Of a stretch of DNA of 64,000 nt, positions 1 through 10,930 are shown piece by piece. The DNA is from Chloroflexota bacterium (GTDB taxonomy: Bacteria > Chloroflexota > UBA11872 > VXOZ01): assembly GCA_965221905.1 (NCBI GenBank), contig OZ244922.1, forward strand, positions 2,148,845 through 2,212,844. Reading direction: 5' to 3'. Both the position numbers and the translations under genes were made by a program. Numbering within the stretch: position 1 is the stretch's first letter; each line of letters starts with the position of its first letter. Under the pieces are notes generated by a model, which did not search any database, was not told the DNA's origin, and worked only from the letters and a program-made list of their open reading frames with translations.

Positions 1-2
1 CC

Positions 3-794
3 CATATTGCTGATCCTGATGTTGCGAAAGAAGCCAAGGCCCTGAGCGAGACTACCAAACTCCACCTTGGTTTCGGCGCGCAGCCTATCCTCCTGCGCAA
101 TCAACTGAACCTTGCCAGCCTGGATGAGTCGCACCGTCAAGCTGTGGTGGCGCGGGTCAAGCGAGCTGTAGACGAAGCCTACGCGATGGGTATGCGCGTG
201 CTCGGACTCTTCGACGGTCCTTCTTCATATCCCGGTGAAGAGTACAAGGCGCAAGCCCTGAGTGCATTCGCCGAGTCCCTCAAAGAAATCTGCTCCTATG
301 CCGAGCAGCAGCGCACCGACTACACGCTCTGGATATCCCTGGAGCAATTCGACCGGGACATTGACAAGAAGAGCCTCGTAGGCCCAATTGAGGATACGCT
401 CCCCCTCTGCAAAGCGGTCCGAGCCCAGTGCGGCAACTTTGGACTCTTAGTGGATCAGGGGCATCTTCCATTGCTGGGTGAGACACCGCAGGCTACCCTC
501 TCTGCGGCACGTGAGTACTTGGGGCACATACACCTTGGCAGTTGCATTAAGAAACCGGGCCACGCGCTCTACGGTGACCAGCACCCGCGCTTCGGCCACG
601 AGGACGGCGAAAACGACACTGCAGAACTTACTGAGTTTCTCCGCACCTTGTTTGAGATTGGCTACTTTGACATGGTCGTGCCCACGGACAAACCACTCTG
701 CACCTTTGAGTTGAAGCCCGCGCCCGGCGAGGATTCACTATCCGTCATGGCAAATGCCAAACGGACGTTCCAAGCAGCCTGGGCACAACTGTAG
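3..794 (+). CDS. Sugar phosphate isomerase/epimerase (xylose-isomerase-like TIM barrel), 5'-truncated by the window edge
   Basis: Reading frame is open from position 3 with no stop, so the start lies upstream of the window. The C-terminal part resembles xylose-isomerase-like TIM-barrel proteins, and a paralog lies at 20404-21222. Confidence 0.5.
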   Translation, partial: HIADPDVAKEAKALSETTKLHLGFGAQPILLRNQLNLASLDESHRQAVVARVKRAVDEAYAMGMRVLGLFDGPSSYPGEEYKAQALSAFAESLKEICSYAEQQRTDYTLWISLEQFDRDIDKKSLVGPIEDTLPLCKAVRAQCGNFGLLVDQGHLPLLGETPQATLSAAREYLGHIHLGSCIKKPGHALYGDQHPRFGHEDGENDTAELTEFLRTLFEIGYFDMVVPTDKPLCTFELKPAPGEDSLSVMANAKRTFQAAWAQL

Positions 795-827
795 ACTTGA
801 TTGAGCAACGAGAAAGAGATGGAAGAC

Positions 828-1808
828 ATGCAGCCGAAAGTCTATATCACGCGCCGAATACCGGAGTCAGGGATCAAGCTTCTCCAAGAGTCGTGCGACG
901 TGGAAATTTGGGATAGCGATGACGTTGTTCCGCGCGACGTGTTCTTAAAGGCAATTTCCGATAAGGACGCCGTGCTCTGCCTCCTAACGGATAAAGTCGA
1001 TGCCGAGACCATGGACGTCGCCAAGAGTGTAAAGATCTTTGCCAACATGGCCGTTGGTTTCGACAATATTGACGTTGAAGAGTGCACCAAGCGCGGCGTC
1101 ATGGCCAGCAATACTCCTGGCGTGCTTACGGACACAACTGCCGACTTTGCTTTCACGCTGCTGATGGCCACTGCACGCCGCATTCGCGAGGGGCATGAGT
1201 TCATTCAAGCCGGGAAGTGGGAAACTTGGGGGCCCCTTTTGCTCATGGGGCAAGATATCCATCACGCCACGCTGGGCTTGATTGGATTGGGCCGTATTGG
1301 GACGGAAATGGCCCGGCGGGGTCAGGGATTCTCAATGCGTGTGCTCTATAACGACGTAGTGCGACGGGAAGACCTTGAGCAGGAACTCAGCCTGGAGTAC
1401 GCCGACTTTGATACGGTGCTGCGGGAATCCGATTTCGTGAGCATGCACGTGCCGTACATGCCTGCGACGCATCATCTAATCAGCACAGAGCAGCTTGCAA
1501 TGATGAAGCAGTCAGCCGTGCTCATAAATACTGCCCGCGGTCCGATTGTCGATCCGCAGGCTCTTTACACTGCACTGAAGTCAGGTGAGATTTGGGCGGC
1601 AGGACTAGACGTCACCGATCCCGAGCCTATCCCGATGGACGATCCGCTGCTCACGTTGGACAACTGCCTGATCGCGCCGCACATTGCCAGTGCCAGCTTC
1701 AATACCCGCAGCGATATGTCTGAGTTGGCCGCGAACAATATCCTGGCCGCACTCTCCGGCGAACGCCCACCCACAATCCTCAACCCCGATGTGCTGGGGA
1801 ATTCCTAG
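828..1808 (+). CDS. D-isomer-specific 2-hydroxyacid dehydrogenase (glyoxylate/hydroxypyruvate reductase-like)
   Basis: N-terminal KVYITRRIP and NAD-binding GLIGLGRIGTEMARR (GxGxxG) are typical of this family. ATG 828 is preferred over the in-frame TTG 801 because it has a GA-rich Shine-Dalgarno upstream. Confidence 0.8.
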   Translation: MQPKVYITRRIPESGIKLLQESCDVEIWDSDDVVPRDVFLKAISDKDAVLCLLTDKVDAETMDVAKSVKIFANMAVGFDNIDVEECTKRGVMASNTPGVLTDTTADFAFTLLMATARRIREGHEFIQAGKWETWGPLLLMGQDIHHATLGLIGLGRIGTEMARRGQGFSMRVLYNDVVRREDLEQELSLEYADFDTVLRESDFVSMHVPYMPATHHLISTEQLAMMKQSAVLINTARGPIVDPQALYTALKSGEIWAAGLDVTDPEPIPMDDPLLTLDNCLIAPHIASASFNTRSDMSELAANNILAALSGERPPTILNPDVLGNS

Positions 1809-1964
1809 TCTGCTTGTTCGTGCTCTGTCGTCTATTCAGACGATTATCAGGAAGGCGACTGAAGGGCATGGCAGTGTCATGGGGCTTGCGCTGGGATCCT
1901 GAGTGCCACGCATGCAGCATGGACGTGCCGCCTAAGACGAGTTCTTATCCTCGGCGGACTGTGT

Positions 1965-3134
1965 CTACCAGGGCAGCACACGCAACCGCTCCCGCGCGGG
2001 AACCCGGAAGACAGGCGGCATAGCGTAGGTCTTCACACGGCTGTGTACGGCAATGCTCTGCAGCAAACCAATGCCAATGAAGGTAGCAACCAGAGCGCTA
2101 CCGCCGTACGAAAGGAATGGCAAGGGTATTCCGGTTACGGGCAAGAGCCCGATGATCATTCCAACGTTTACGAAGGTCTGCAAGAATATCAGCGCCGCCA
2201 CGCCAACTGCAATATTCTGTCCAAAGTGATCGCGGGCGCTTGTAGCAATCATCGTAGCGCGAATGAGCAGCACCGCAAACAGCGTCAGCACAAGCGCGCT
2301 GCCGATAAAACCTAGCTCCTCGGCCAAAACGGCAAAGACAAAGTCCTTGTGTTGCACGCGCAAATACTCGAGCTGTGTTTGCGATCCCTGAAATAGCCCT
2401 CGGCCCCAAAGCTCTCCTGCGCCAACGCTGATTTGCGCCTGGAGCACGTTGTAACCAGCACCGAAGGGGTCGGCCGTCGGATCAAGAAAGGTGGTAACGC
2501 GTTCCCACATGTAGTCTTTAATTCTTATGAGCTGTAAGAAGACAGCGGCTAACAAGCCGATTGCCACACCAATCAAGTACCGGAAGGGCACGCCGGCCAT
2601 GAAGACCATCACCCCCCAGATTCCAAGGAACATAAGCGTCGTGCCGAGATCCGGCTCTCTATAGACCAAGAACGCCGGCACGGCGGTGATAATCATGGAT
2701 CCAAAGAAGCAACGTATATCCTCCGCCCGTTGCGACCCGGCGCTAAAGTAATGCGCTAGTACCACAATCAGAGCTATCTTTGCGAATTCAGAGGGTTGCA
2801 ATGAGAAGGGGCCAATCAAGAACCACCGCTGCGAGCCCCCGATAGATACCCCGGCATAGAGCACCGCAAAGAGCAAGAGCACAGATCCTCCGTAGCCAAT
2901 CCAGGCCAAGCTACCCAGCCAACGGTAGTTCAGCTTAGGGGAAACGGCAAGAATTACAATGCCAATGCCGAGGAACACACTTTGTTTGATGACGTCGATA
3001 GACGTCCCGGAATCGAGGAGCGTTGCACTGCGAATGAGGATTATACCGATAGTCGCAAGAAGCAGAGCTGCGGCCGTGAGCCAGTAGTCGTAGAGCTTCC
3101 ACTTTCGTATTGCAATCATGCTATAGCTTAGCAC
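1965..3134 (-). CDS. rodA: Rod shape-determining protein RodA (SEDS family)
   Basis: Polytopic membrane protein of the FtsW/RodA family. It overlaps the 3' end of mrdA by 14 nt and is the last gene of the mre operon. Confidence 0.85.
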   Translation of the reverse strand: MLSYSMIAIRKWKLYDYWLTAAALLLATIGIILIRSATLLDSGTSIDVIKQSVFLGIGIVILAVSPKLNYRWLGSLAWIGYGGSVLLLFAVLYAGVSIGGSQRWFLIGPFSLQPSEFAKIALIVVLAHYFSAGSQRAEDIRCFFGSMIITAVPAFLVYREPDLGTTLMFLGIWGVMVFMAGVPFRYLIGVAIGLLAAVFLQLIRIKDYMWERVTTFLDPTADPFGAGYNVLQAQISVGAGELWGRGLFQGSQTQLEYLRVQHKDFVFAVLAEELGFIGSALVLTLFAVLLIRATMIATSARDHFGQNIAVGVAALIFLQTFVNVGMIIGLLPVTGIPLPFLSYGGSALVATFIGIGLLQSIAVHSRVKTYAMPPVFRVPARERLRVLPW

Positions 3135-4977
3135 TCCTAGCAGACTCGAAATAGAAGCGGGTCATCTTATCGGCAATCGGGGCTGCAAATTCGGAACCCT
3201 CACCGGCATCGTAGAGCACCACGGCAAAGGCGATCTCGGGTTCATCGAATGGCGCAAACCCGTTAAACAAGGCGTGTGTCGGCAGGAAACCATTCTCATC
3301 ACGAGGGCCGGGGAATTCTGCCGTACCGGTCTTACCGGCTATTCCAAACGGGTTCGCTGCTATCCGGATCGCAGTACCGCGCACCACCACATCGCGCATT
3401 GCGTTTCGGATAACTGCAAGCACCTCTGCGGAGAATGGCAATTGGCGAGCCACTTGCGGTTCGATTGGCTGCCCTTGCGTGCCGTCAGCGCCCCGTATCT
3501 CAGCAGCAATCCTAGGGTACATCAATTTCCCGCCATTTGCAATAGCCGCGGAAAAGTTGGCAAGCTGCAACGGAGTTGATAAGACATCACCTTGCCCAAT
3601 GGCTGTGTTGTATGAGTCGCCTTGGAACCAAGGCTCCTTTTTGATACGCTGCTTCCGTTCAGGTGTTGGAATGAGACCATCCTGTTCACCGGGCAGATCA
3701 ATGCCGGAAATCTGACCAAAGCCGCTTGAAGTCGCGGCCCGAGCAAGCGCTTCCGGCCCGATGCCCTCAAAACCCGTATGGGGATTGCCGCCAACCAGGT
3801 TATAGAAGCACACATCGCAAGAATTGACCAAACCTTCGTAAACATTCAAGAGTCCGTGTCCGCTGCGCTTCCAGCACCCAAACTCCCACCCTCCTGCAAG
3901 GATCAGGCTGCCTCGACACTCAAACTGTGTTTCCAAGTCCATACCATGATTCTCAAGCCACTCAGCAAGGCTTACAAGCTTGAACGTTGAGGCCGGCGGA
4001 TAGAGCCCGCCAATAGCATGGTTGACCAGAGGTCGCGACGGATCGTTGGCTAGTCGCGCATAATCCTCCTCAGAAATAGATTGGGCGAAGAGATTGTTAT
4101 CGAAGCCAGGCAGGCTAACCAGGGCACGAACCGCTCCTGTGGCTACGTCTAGCGCTACAACGGCGCCGGAGGGCGCTCCTGAATCCGAAAGTCCGTCTTG
4201 GAGCATTTGCGTAACCGCAGCCTGGAGATCCAAGTCCAAACCCAACACAAGGTTGTTACCGGGTTGGGATGGCGTCTCATGGAGAACACGGATGGTTCTC
4301 CCATATGCGTTGACCTCCACGTTTCTCTGACCTTTTTTCCCGTGGAGCTCTGCCTCATAGATGGACTCGATGCCTGCAATGCCAACTTGGTCATCGCGTT
4401 CGTAGCCTCGGTTCAGATAGAATTCAGTTCGCTCATGGGGGATAGGGCCCACGTACCCTAAAATGTGACCGTTGCTAACTCCTGCCGAATACTCGCGAAT
4501 AGGGCGGCTTTCCGCGGAAATACCCGGCAGGTTTGCGTTCTCTTCCTCTATGATCATGGCAACGTGACGCGGCACGTCCCGCTTCAAGATGGTCGGTTGA
4601 TAGGGACTCTGCAGGCCCTCAGTCATAAGTTCCATTATGGTTGGCGCAGGCTTCTCCAGCAGTGCTGAGAGTCGGCGGGATACGTTCTCGATCTCGTCTC
4701 GCGGCAAATCGATCATGCGAGCTACAACGCTGAAATTGGGCACATTTATGGCTACCCTTTGTTCATGTCGATCGTACACAACGCCGCGCAGCGGCTTGAC
4801 GGAAAGCACTCGCAGGCTGTTGTTCTCCGCTTGGTTGCGGAGCTCAGGACCGCGAACGATCTGGATGTACCAAAGCCGAACTACGAGTGCAAGAAACGAA
4901 AGGAGCAATACGATTCGCAGCAGGTAGAAGCGAATTACTTCGCGTCGGGTCAGCCTACGCTTCTCCTCAGCCATCAT
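3121..4977 (-). CDS. mrdA: Penicillin-binding protein 2 (peptidoglycan D,D-transpeptidase)
   Basis: N-terminal membrane anchor, a PBP dimerisation region, and transpeptidase motifs STFK, SCD and KTGTA. Sits between mreD and rodA. Confidence 0.85.
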   Translation of the reverse strand: MMAEEKRRLTRREVIRFYLLRIVLLLSFLALVVRLWYIQIVRGPELRNQAENNSLRVLSVKPLRGVVYDRHEQRVAINVPNFSVVARMIDLPRDEIENVSRRLSALLEKPAPTIMELMTEGLQSPYQPTILKRDVPRHVAMIIEEENANLPGISAESRPIREYSAGVSNGHILGYVGPIPHERTEFYLNRGYERDDQVGIAGIESIYEAELHGKKGQRNVEVNAYGRTIRVLHETPSQPGNNLVLGLDLDLQAAVTQMLQDGLSDSGAPSGAVVALDVATGAVRALVSLPGFDNNLFAQSISEEDYARLANDPSRPLVNHAIGGLYPPASTFKLVSLAEWLENHGMDLETQFECRGSLILAGGWEFGCWKRSGHGLLNVYEGLVNSCDVCFYNLVGGNPHTGFEGIGPEALARAATSSGFGQISGIDLPGEQDGLIPTPERKQRIKKEPWFQGDSYNTAIGQGDVLSTPLQLANFSAAIANGGKLMYPRIAAEIRGADGTQGQPIEPQVARQLPFSAEVLAVIRNAMRDVVVRGTAIRIAANPFGIAGKTGTAEFPGPRDENGFLPTHALFNGFAPFDEPEIAFAVVLYDAGEGSEFAAPIADKMTRFYFESARSAKL

Positions 4978-5068
4978 CTCCTCCTGGAGACTTCAGCACC
5001 GCATGGCGACGACTGCGCCGCTTGTCGACCTCTTCGCCACCTGGCGACCTCTTCGTCGCTTGGCAACA

Positions 5069-5584
5069 TTAGCGTCTCCTGGCACTTGAGCTTCCCGAGG
5101 TCACCTCGAGGAGGCGAAATCCTGCCAGCACTATGAGTGGCGCGAAGGCCGCATTCATTAGTGCCGTCGGCAATGCCATTTGCAGGAGCATATCGCCAAA
5201 CGAAAACCGATAGTCGAACGTGATGAGCAAAGCGCCTAAGAGAACGAAATAAACGAGGGCTACCCAAAGAGACGTTACTGCCGCCACTACTATCCGGTTC
5301 GGCTGCACGATGCTTACAGCAAACCCTCCCACAAAGCCCGCCACCGTAAGTGCTAGGGCGCTTAGACCCCAATGGGCATCAGAGAAAGCATCGATTAGTA
5401 ATCCGCCTACAAAGCCCCAGCCCGCGCCGCCCGCCGGCCCATACCAAAGCGCCAACAGCGTAACGACTTGCAGCATAGGCAACCATACGATGCCGAATAG
5501 CGGAAAGTGCCACACCACGCTAGCCTGCACCAAGGCAGCCATCATCATCACGATCACTATGGCGGGGCGGGAGACGTCGTTCAT
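5069..5584 (-). CDS. mreD: Rod shape-determining protein MreD
   Basis: 171-aa multi-pass hydrophobic protein placed directly after mreC with a 4-nt overlap. Confidence 0.7.
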   Translation of the reverse strand: MNDVSRPAIVIVMMMAALVQASVVWHFPLFGIVWLPMLQVVTLLALWYGPAGGAGWGFVGGLLIDAFSDAHWGLSALALTVAGFVGGFAVSIVQPNRIVVAAVTSLWVALVYFVLLGALLITFDYRFSFGDMLLQMALPTALMNAAFAPLIVLAGFRLLEVTSGSSSARRR

Positions 5585-6447
5585 TGAGTCGGCCCTGAGA
5601 AGTCCCGGTCCTCGAGCGGCAGCGGCACAAAATTCGCAACTACCATCACATGTTCCAATTGCGAGAAATCTACCAACGGCTCAATCTCTGCGGTTTGAAA
5701 CTCCTCGTAGTCCTCTTGCTGCACGTTTTTTACTCTACCCAGCACAAAGTCTTTTGGTAGGCCTCCACCCATGCCGCTCGTAACCACAATGTCGCGCTCG
5801 TTGAGCTCTTCGGTCTGCAAGACATAGCGCATTTGGAGATGTCCATCGGGCGTGCCATAGACAATGCCGAAAGTGCGGCGCAGGCCGCCCTGAACGACGG
5901 CATTGACCGCACTGGAGGGGCTGGTAATTAGTTGCACCTTCGACCAATGTGACGAAACTCTGGTGACTTTCCCAATGACACCGAGATGAGTCACAACGAC
6001 CATGCCCTCCTCTACTCCTCCGCTACTGCCAATGTCAATGATGATGACGTCTAGAATATTTGTCGCATCCCTGCCAATTACCTGGGCGGGAAGATGGACC
6101 CACTTTGAGTTTGCTTGAACGTATCCCAGTTGCTCGCGGAGTGTGCGGTTCTCGATTTCAGCACCGCGCAAGCTGATGATTTCCTGATAGAGCTTCTCTA
6201 CGTCTTGTCGCAGCACGGCATTCTCTTCACGGAGATTCCTCGTTTCCTGGAACGAGCCCAAGACGTAGGCGGCGGCTCCGGTGGTCGAATCGAGGGCGCG
6301 TTGCACCGGAACCGCTACAAAAGCTACTGCACTTTCCACAGGTCGCAACCAACCTTGGCGCGAAAGGAAAATAAGCAGAACTGCGGCAACAATGAGGAGT
6401 GCAAGCCTCAAGGCCAAGGCCTGCGGTTGGAGGTTAAAGTCACGCAT
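5581..6447 (-). CDS. mreC: Rod shape-determining protein MreC
   Basis: Single N-terminal TM helix, a coiled-coil region and a C-terminal beta domain; immediately downstream of mreB. Confidence 0.8.
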   Translation of the reverse strand: MRDFNLQPQALALRLALLIVAAVLLIFLSRQGWLRPVESAVAFVAVPVQRALDSTTGAAAYVLGSFQETRNLREENAVLRQDVEKLYQEIISLRGAEIENRTLREQLGYVQANSKWVHLPAQVIGRDATNILDVIIIDIGSSGGVEEGMVVVTHLGVIGKVTRVSSHWSKVQLITSPSSAVNAVVQGGLRRTFGIVYGTPDGHLQMRYVLQTEELNERDIVVTSGMGGGLPKDFVLGRVKNVQQEDYEEFQTAEIEPLVDFSQLEHVMVVANFVPLPLEDRDFSGPTQ

Positions 6448-6470
6448 TGTGTCTCAGCCGGCACCCAATT

Positions 6471-7562
6471 CTAGGGGGCTACATGCGCGTACTCTCGTGC
6501 ATCGGAAACGAAGAGCTTTTGGTAGAATTCGATGTCGTCGAGGCACTCACCTGTGCCAAGTGCAACACAGGTGAGCGCGTTTTCTGCTACGACGACCGGT
6601 ACAAGCGTTTCCTCAGAAATTCGCTTGTCTATTCCCCCGAGGAACGCCCCACCTCCCGTAAGCACAATGCCCCTATCCACAACATCACTCAGCAATTCGG
6701 GTGGGGTTTCTTCAACAGATACCTTTACCGCTTCGACGATATCATGCACTGGCCCTTCAATAGCCTCACGCATCTCTCCTTGAGTCACAAGCACCGTCTT
6801 GGGGAGCCCGGAGAGCATATCCCGACCGCGCATCTCGAAGGTCTTTTCCTGTTCGTCGGGCAAGGGATACGCAGCGCCTATCGCTATCTTGCTTTCCTCA
6901 GCAGTGCGTTCACCAATTAGGAGGTCGTACGCTTGGCGGGCATAGTCAGTAATCGTCTGATCGATCTCATCACCGGCAATGCGAACTGAGCGTCTGACAA
7001 CGATCCCGCCTAGAGATATTACCGCCACCTCTGTGGTACCGCCGCCAATATCCACAATCATGTTGCCTGCGGGTTCGTCGACCGGCAGACCTGCCCCAAT
7101 AGCTGCCGCCATCGGCTCCTCAATCAGATATGCTTCGCGTGCACCTGCATTGATTGCAGCATCTTGCACCGCACGCTTTTCCACTTCGGTCACACCACTG
7201 GGAATACCCACGATGACCCTTGGGCGCGGCACCAATTGCACGGTTGTGTGTACCCGATTGATGACGTAACGAAGCATTGTTTCAACAGTTTCAAAGTCTG
7301 CAATTACGCCATCTTTTAGGGGCCGCACGGCCACGATATTTGAAGGAGTGCGGCCAACCATCCGCTTTGCCTCCGCACCGACGGCGAGCACGCGTTTCGT
7401 CCGCAAATCCATCGCGACCACTGAAGGTTCGGAAACTACAACACCCTTATCTCTTGCATACACCAAGAGATTCGCAGTGCCGAGATCAATTCCAAGATCC
7501 TGGGAGAAAAGACCGAGAAAAGAGCTAAACGGACCGAGAATACTTGATCGCCAAGAAGACAT
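6471..7562 (-). CDS. mreB: Actin-like rod shape-determining protein MreB
   Basis: Carries the GIDLGTANLLVY phosphate-1 motif and is conserved along the whole length with MreB. Has an N-terminal extension of about 20 aa. Confidence 0.9.
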   Translation of the reverse strand: MSSWRSSILGPFSSFLGLFSQDLGIDLGTANLLVYARDKGVVVSEPSVVAMDLRTKRVLAVGAEAKRMVGRTPSNIVAVRPLKDGVIADFETVETMLRYVINRVHTTVQLVPRPRVIVGIPSGVTEVEKRAVQDAAINAGAREAYLIEEPMAAAIGAGLPVDEPAGNMIVDIGGGTTEVAVISLGGIVVRRSVRIAGDEIDQTITDYARQAYDLLIGERTAEESKIAIGAAYPLPDEQEKTFEMRGRDMLSGLPKTVLVTQGEMREAIEGPVHDIVEAVKVSVEETPPELLSDVVDRGIVLTGGGAFLGGIDKRISEETLVPVVVAENALTCVALGTGECLDDIEFYQKLFVSDAREYAHVAP

Positions 7563-7890
7563 TCCTCACCCCACAACCATATGAATTCTAAGAATTCTAG
7601 GGGAGCCAGATCGGAACCAAGGGGAACGGGTTGCACCAGCCACCCGCAAACAATAGTCTTTCATATCGTACCTAATCTCATTCATTCTAGCATACACTTG
7701 GCTTGTCGAAATACCTAGAGAAAAAAACGCTTCAAGAGAGTGGGTAGCATATTTGGTAGTTTCGGCCTCTCCGGCGCTTGTGCTCTGGCGTGCTTTGCCT
7801 GAACATCTGCTTCCCTGTGGTACACTGTTTTTCACACAAAGCACTATCATTTATTCAATCTCTTATCGTGAGTTCGAAAGGAGCTTTTCT

Positions 7891-8271
7891 ATGCGTGTCG
7901 ATCGTCTGTACAGTCCCAAGGGACCGCGGCCTGCGGGGACATACTCCCAGGCGGTGCGTGCGGGCAATCTGCTGTTCATAGCGGGACAGGGCCCTCTCGA
8001 CCCCCAAACCGGTGAAATCAAGGGCGAGACTCTTGCTGAGCAGTGCCAGCTTACGCTGCAAAACATCAAGAATATCGTAGAGGGTCACGGCGGCGACTTT
8101 CGCAATGTCGTAAAGGTAAATGTCTATCTCGCCGACATTAACGACTTTTCTGAGATGGATAAGGTATACAAGACATTCTTCGGCGAGTACCCACCTGCAC
8201 GCACAACGGTAGGCGTGCAAATGAACGACATTCTGGTCGAGATTGAAGCTACTGCAGTCATTGACGACTAA
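7891..8271 (+). CDS. ridA: RidA family reactive-intermediate deaminase (YjgF/TdcF)
   Basis: 126-aa protein with a typical RidA fold sequence (AVRAGNLLFIAGQGP...). AAAGGAG lies 8 nt upstream of ATG 7891; the longer ORF-track start at 7753 lacks homology. Confidence 0.85.
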   Translation: MRVDRLYSPKGPRPAGTYSQAVRAGNLLFIAGQGPLDPQTGEIKGETLAEQCQLTLQNIKNIVEGHGGDFRNVVKVNVYLADINDFSEMDKVYKTFFGEYPPARTTVGVQMNDILVEIEATAVIDD

Positions 8272-8286
8272 TTGTCAATTACGGCG

Positions 8287-9126
8287 CTACCCGACACCGG
8301 ACTCTTCCAGCTTGGTCATTGTTTCGCGGTAGCGCCGATCCATTTCCGGCCCCTGTCGACTCAAGTATTCTTGCTCCAGAGCACGCGCAACCGTAGTAGC
8401 CGCTGCCGCCGGTATGTCTATTTCTGCAAACGTAATCTTGTCATAGCCGCGTTGATACGCGACCACTTCGCCCTTGCTTACAATGAGATTCTGACCGACG
8501 TTGGCCTGCACGATGGGCACGCCGTTCTCGCGAGCGCGGGCTAAGACCGCCTGGTTTTGCGCCTTGCTCTTATTGCCATAGGTCGGGATAAATAGGACTT
8601 GCGCGCCGTCGAGAACTATCGATCGGGCAATGAGAGGTTCCCAGCGGTCGTTGCAGATAAGCATGCCGGCGCGACCAAGGGGTGTGTCAAATGCACGCAG
8701 CTTCTTGCCAATGCGGTTGAAATGCCAGGATGGATGTGTGCCTTCCGCAAATTGGCTCTTCTGATACGTGCCGCATAACTCCCCCGTGTGATCGATAAAG
8801 ACCACCGTATTATAGATTCCGTTATCCGTCCGCTCGGCAAATCCAAAGCAGAGGCATACGCCGAGTGATTGGGCCAGTTGGCGAAAGTGCCTCACGTAGG
8901 GTCCGTCTAACGGTTCCGCGATCTCCAGCATCTCGTCGGCTGACCGTCTACCCTCGATGACGTCGTAGACAACGTAGCCTTCAAGAGCGCCCTCGATTGT
9001 CACGATCACTTCGGGTGCTTCTGCAGCCGCTTCGCGAATGAACCGCTCCATCTTTGCCGCATTATATGGCTTATCCCACTTCTTCGGTCGCAACGAGATT
9101 GCTGCCGTTTTGATCGTCGTGAACAT
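8287..9126 (-). CDS. Carbon-nitrogen hydrolase (nitrilase superfamily)
   Basis: Glu-Lys-Cys triad context, with the catalytic Cys in GMLICNDRWEP. Confidence 0.75.
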   Translation of the reverse strand: MFTTIKTAAISLRPKKWDKPYNAAKMERFIREAAAEAPEVIVTIEGALEGYVVYDVIEGRRSADEMLEIAEPLDGPYVRHFRQLAQSLGVCLCFGFAERTDNGIYNTVVFIDHTGELCGTYQKSQFAEGTHPSWHFNRIGKKLRAFDTPLGRAGMLICNDRWEPLIARSIVLDGAQVLFIPTYGNKSKAQNQAVLARARENGVPIVQANVGQNLIVSKGEVVAYQRGYDKITFAEIDIPAAAATTVARALEQEYLSRQGPEMDRRYRETMTKLEESGVG

Positions 9127-9448
9127 TTCGCACCTACCTTCTCGGCCTTCAAGTAAGCAGTAATCAGAGTGTCTGCATCTCTACGGCAACGCATGTCCCA
9201 AACGCAGAGCGTCCATGTGGTCGCGCACCCCTACGACGAAGCGACAAGTGCGGGATCGACGAGAAATACGAGCTAGAACATGACGGGAACATTGCTAATC
9301 CGGAATCATCGGGAAGCTACGCCGGTTTGAGCGGTGCACAGCCAAATATCAGTGCATGCGCAAAGACTTCTGCTAACAGGACCGAGAAATACTTAGCAAG
9401 AGAAGCCAACGGATTACGTCTAAATGCGAATCAGGCCCACTGCTCTGC

Positions 9449-10930
9449 TCATGCGAGCTCTGCTACTGCCCCTGCGAAGGCATCTATTGCCGATTTAATC
9501 CGTGTAAGGGTTCGCTCCCGGCCAAGTACTACCATAGTCTCAAAGAGCGGCGGCGTGGCAGTCTTGCCCGTAATCGCCACGCGGATGGGCATAAAGAGCT
9601 GTCCTGCCTTCCACTCCAAGTCGGCGGCTAATCCACGCAGGCAGACTTCGATATGCTCAAGATTCCAATCCTCAAGAGACTGGAGATTGTCGTACGCGCG
9701 CTCCAACGCATCCAGTGAATCTGACGGGGACTGCTTTTTCGCAACGAGGAGTTTCGGTTCGGGCGTCACGTCATCAGCAAAGAAAAAGTCAAGCACCGAT
9801 GGCGCTTCAGCGAGATTCTTCAGACGCTCCTGCTCAAGCGCAACTGCGTCGCGAACGTAGGACCGGTCGACTTTGTCCGGATCGATCATGCCGGCCTCCG
9901 CCAGGAATGGGACAGTGCGGTCTGTTAGGTCATCCACGGTAAGGCTGCGGATATAGACGCCATTCAGCCAAATGAGCTTTTGTAGCTCGAACACCGCATT
10001 GGCTCTGTTGACACGCTCCAGGCTAAATGCAGCTATCAACTCATCTAAACTAAATTTCTCTTGGGTATCGCCAGGGTTCCAGCCAAGCAAGGCCAAGAAG
10101 TTCAAGACTGCCTCGGGCAGGTACCCCTGTGTAGCGTAGTCGCCTACCAAGACGGCGCCAGAACGCTTGCCTAGTTTTGTTCGGTCCGGATTTGTGAGTA
10201 AAGGGAGGTGCGCATAGGCCGGCAAATCAAAGCCCAGAGCGCGCGCGATTGGGATTTGCCGGTGCGTATTGTAGAGGTGATCGGCGCCGCGGATGACGTG
10301 GGAAATCTGCATATGGCTGTCATCGATCACAGACGCAAGATTGTACGTGGGCATGCCGTCAGCGCGCACTATCACTAGGTCATCGAGCTCAGAGGACTCG
10401 ACCTTCATGTCTCCACGTACGAGATCGGTAAAGGAGACCGTCCCCTCGCGCGGCGACAGAAAGCGAATCACGGAACGGGTGCTTGATCGCTCTCGCGCCT
10501 CTCGCTCTGCATCAGTGAGATGTAAGCACGTCTCCGGATACCGGAAGGGACGCCGTTCTTTTTGGGCTTCCTTGCGCAGTGCGTCAAGCTCTTCCGGTGT
10601 ACACCAACACCGGTATGCATGACCGTTTTCCAAGAGCTTCTCAGTACAACTTTGATAGAGCGCCAGACGCTCGCTTTGGCGATACGGCCCAAAGTCTCCA
10701 CCTGCCGCATACCCTTCGTCCCAGTCCAAGCCCAGCCAGCGGAAGCTCAACAAAACACCTTCAACATCCTCATCCGTTGAGCGTTTCGCATCGGTGTCAT
10801 CGATGCGAAGAATAAAGGTCCCACCGATCTGGCGGGCAAAGAGGTAATTGTACAGTGCCGTGCGGGCATTGCCTACGTGGAGATTGCCGGTGGGGCTAGG
10901 CGCTATACGCACGCGGACAGGATTAGCCAT
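9449..10930 (-). CDS. gltX: Glutamate--tRNA ligase
   Basis: HIGH-type motif PSPTGNLHVGNARTALYN, and class I GluRS architecture along the full length. Confidence 0.9.
   Translation of the reverse strand: MANPVRVRIAPSPTGNLHVGNARTALYNYLFARQIGGTFILRIDDTDAKRSTDEDVEGVLLSFRWLGLDWDEGYAAGGDFGPYRQSERLALYQSCTEKLLENGHAYRCWCTPEELDALRKEAQKERRPFRYPETCLHLTDAEREARERSSTRSVIRFLSPREGTVSFTDLVRGDMKVESSELDDLVIVRADGMPTYNLASVIDDSHMQISHVIRGADHLYNTHRQIPIARALGFDLPAYAHLPLLTNPDRTKLGKRSGAVLVGDYATQGYLPEAVLNFLALLGWNPGDTQEKFSLDELIAAFSLERVNRANAVFELQKLIWLNGVYIRSLTVDDLTDRTVPFLAEAGMIDPDKVDRSYVRDAVALEQERLKNLAEAPSVLDFFFADDVTPEPKLLVAKKQSPSDSLDALERAYDNLQSLEDWNLEHIEVCLRGLAADLEWKAGQLFMPIRVAITGKTATPPLFETMVVLGRERTLTRIKSAIDAFAGAVAELA

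Noticed and set aside
7753-7890. N-terminal 46-aa extension of the ridA ORF (start at 7753)
   Set aside because: The extension has no homology. A strong AAAGGAG ribosome-binding site precedes ATG 7891, which gives the canonical 126-aa RidA.
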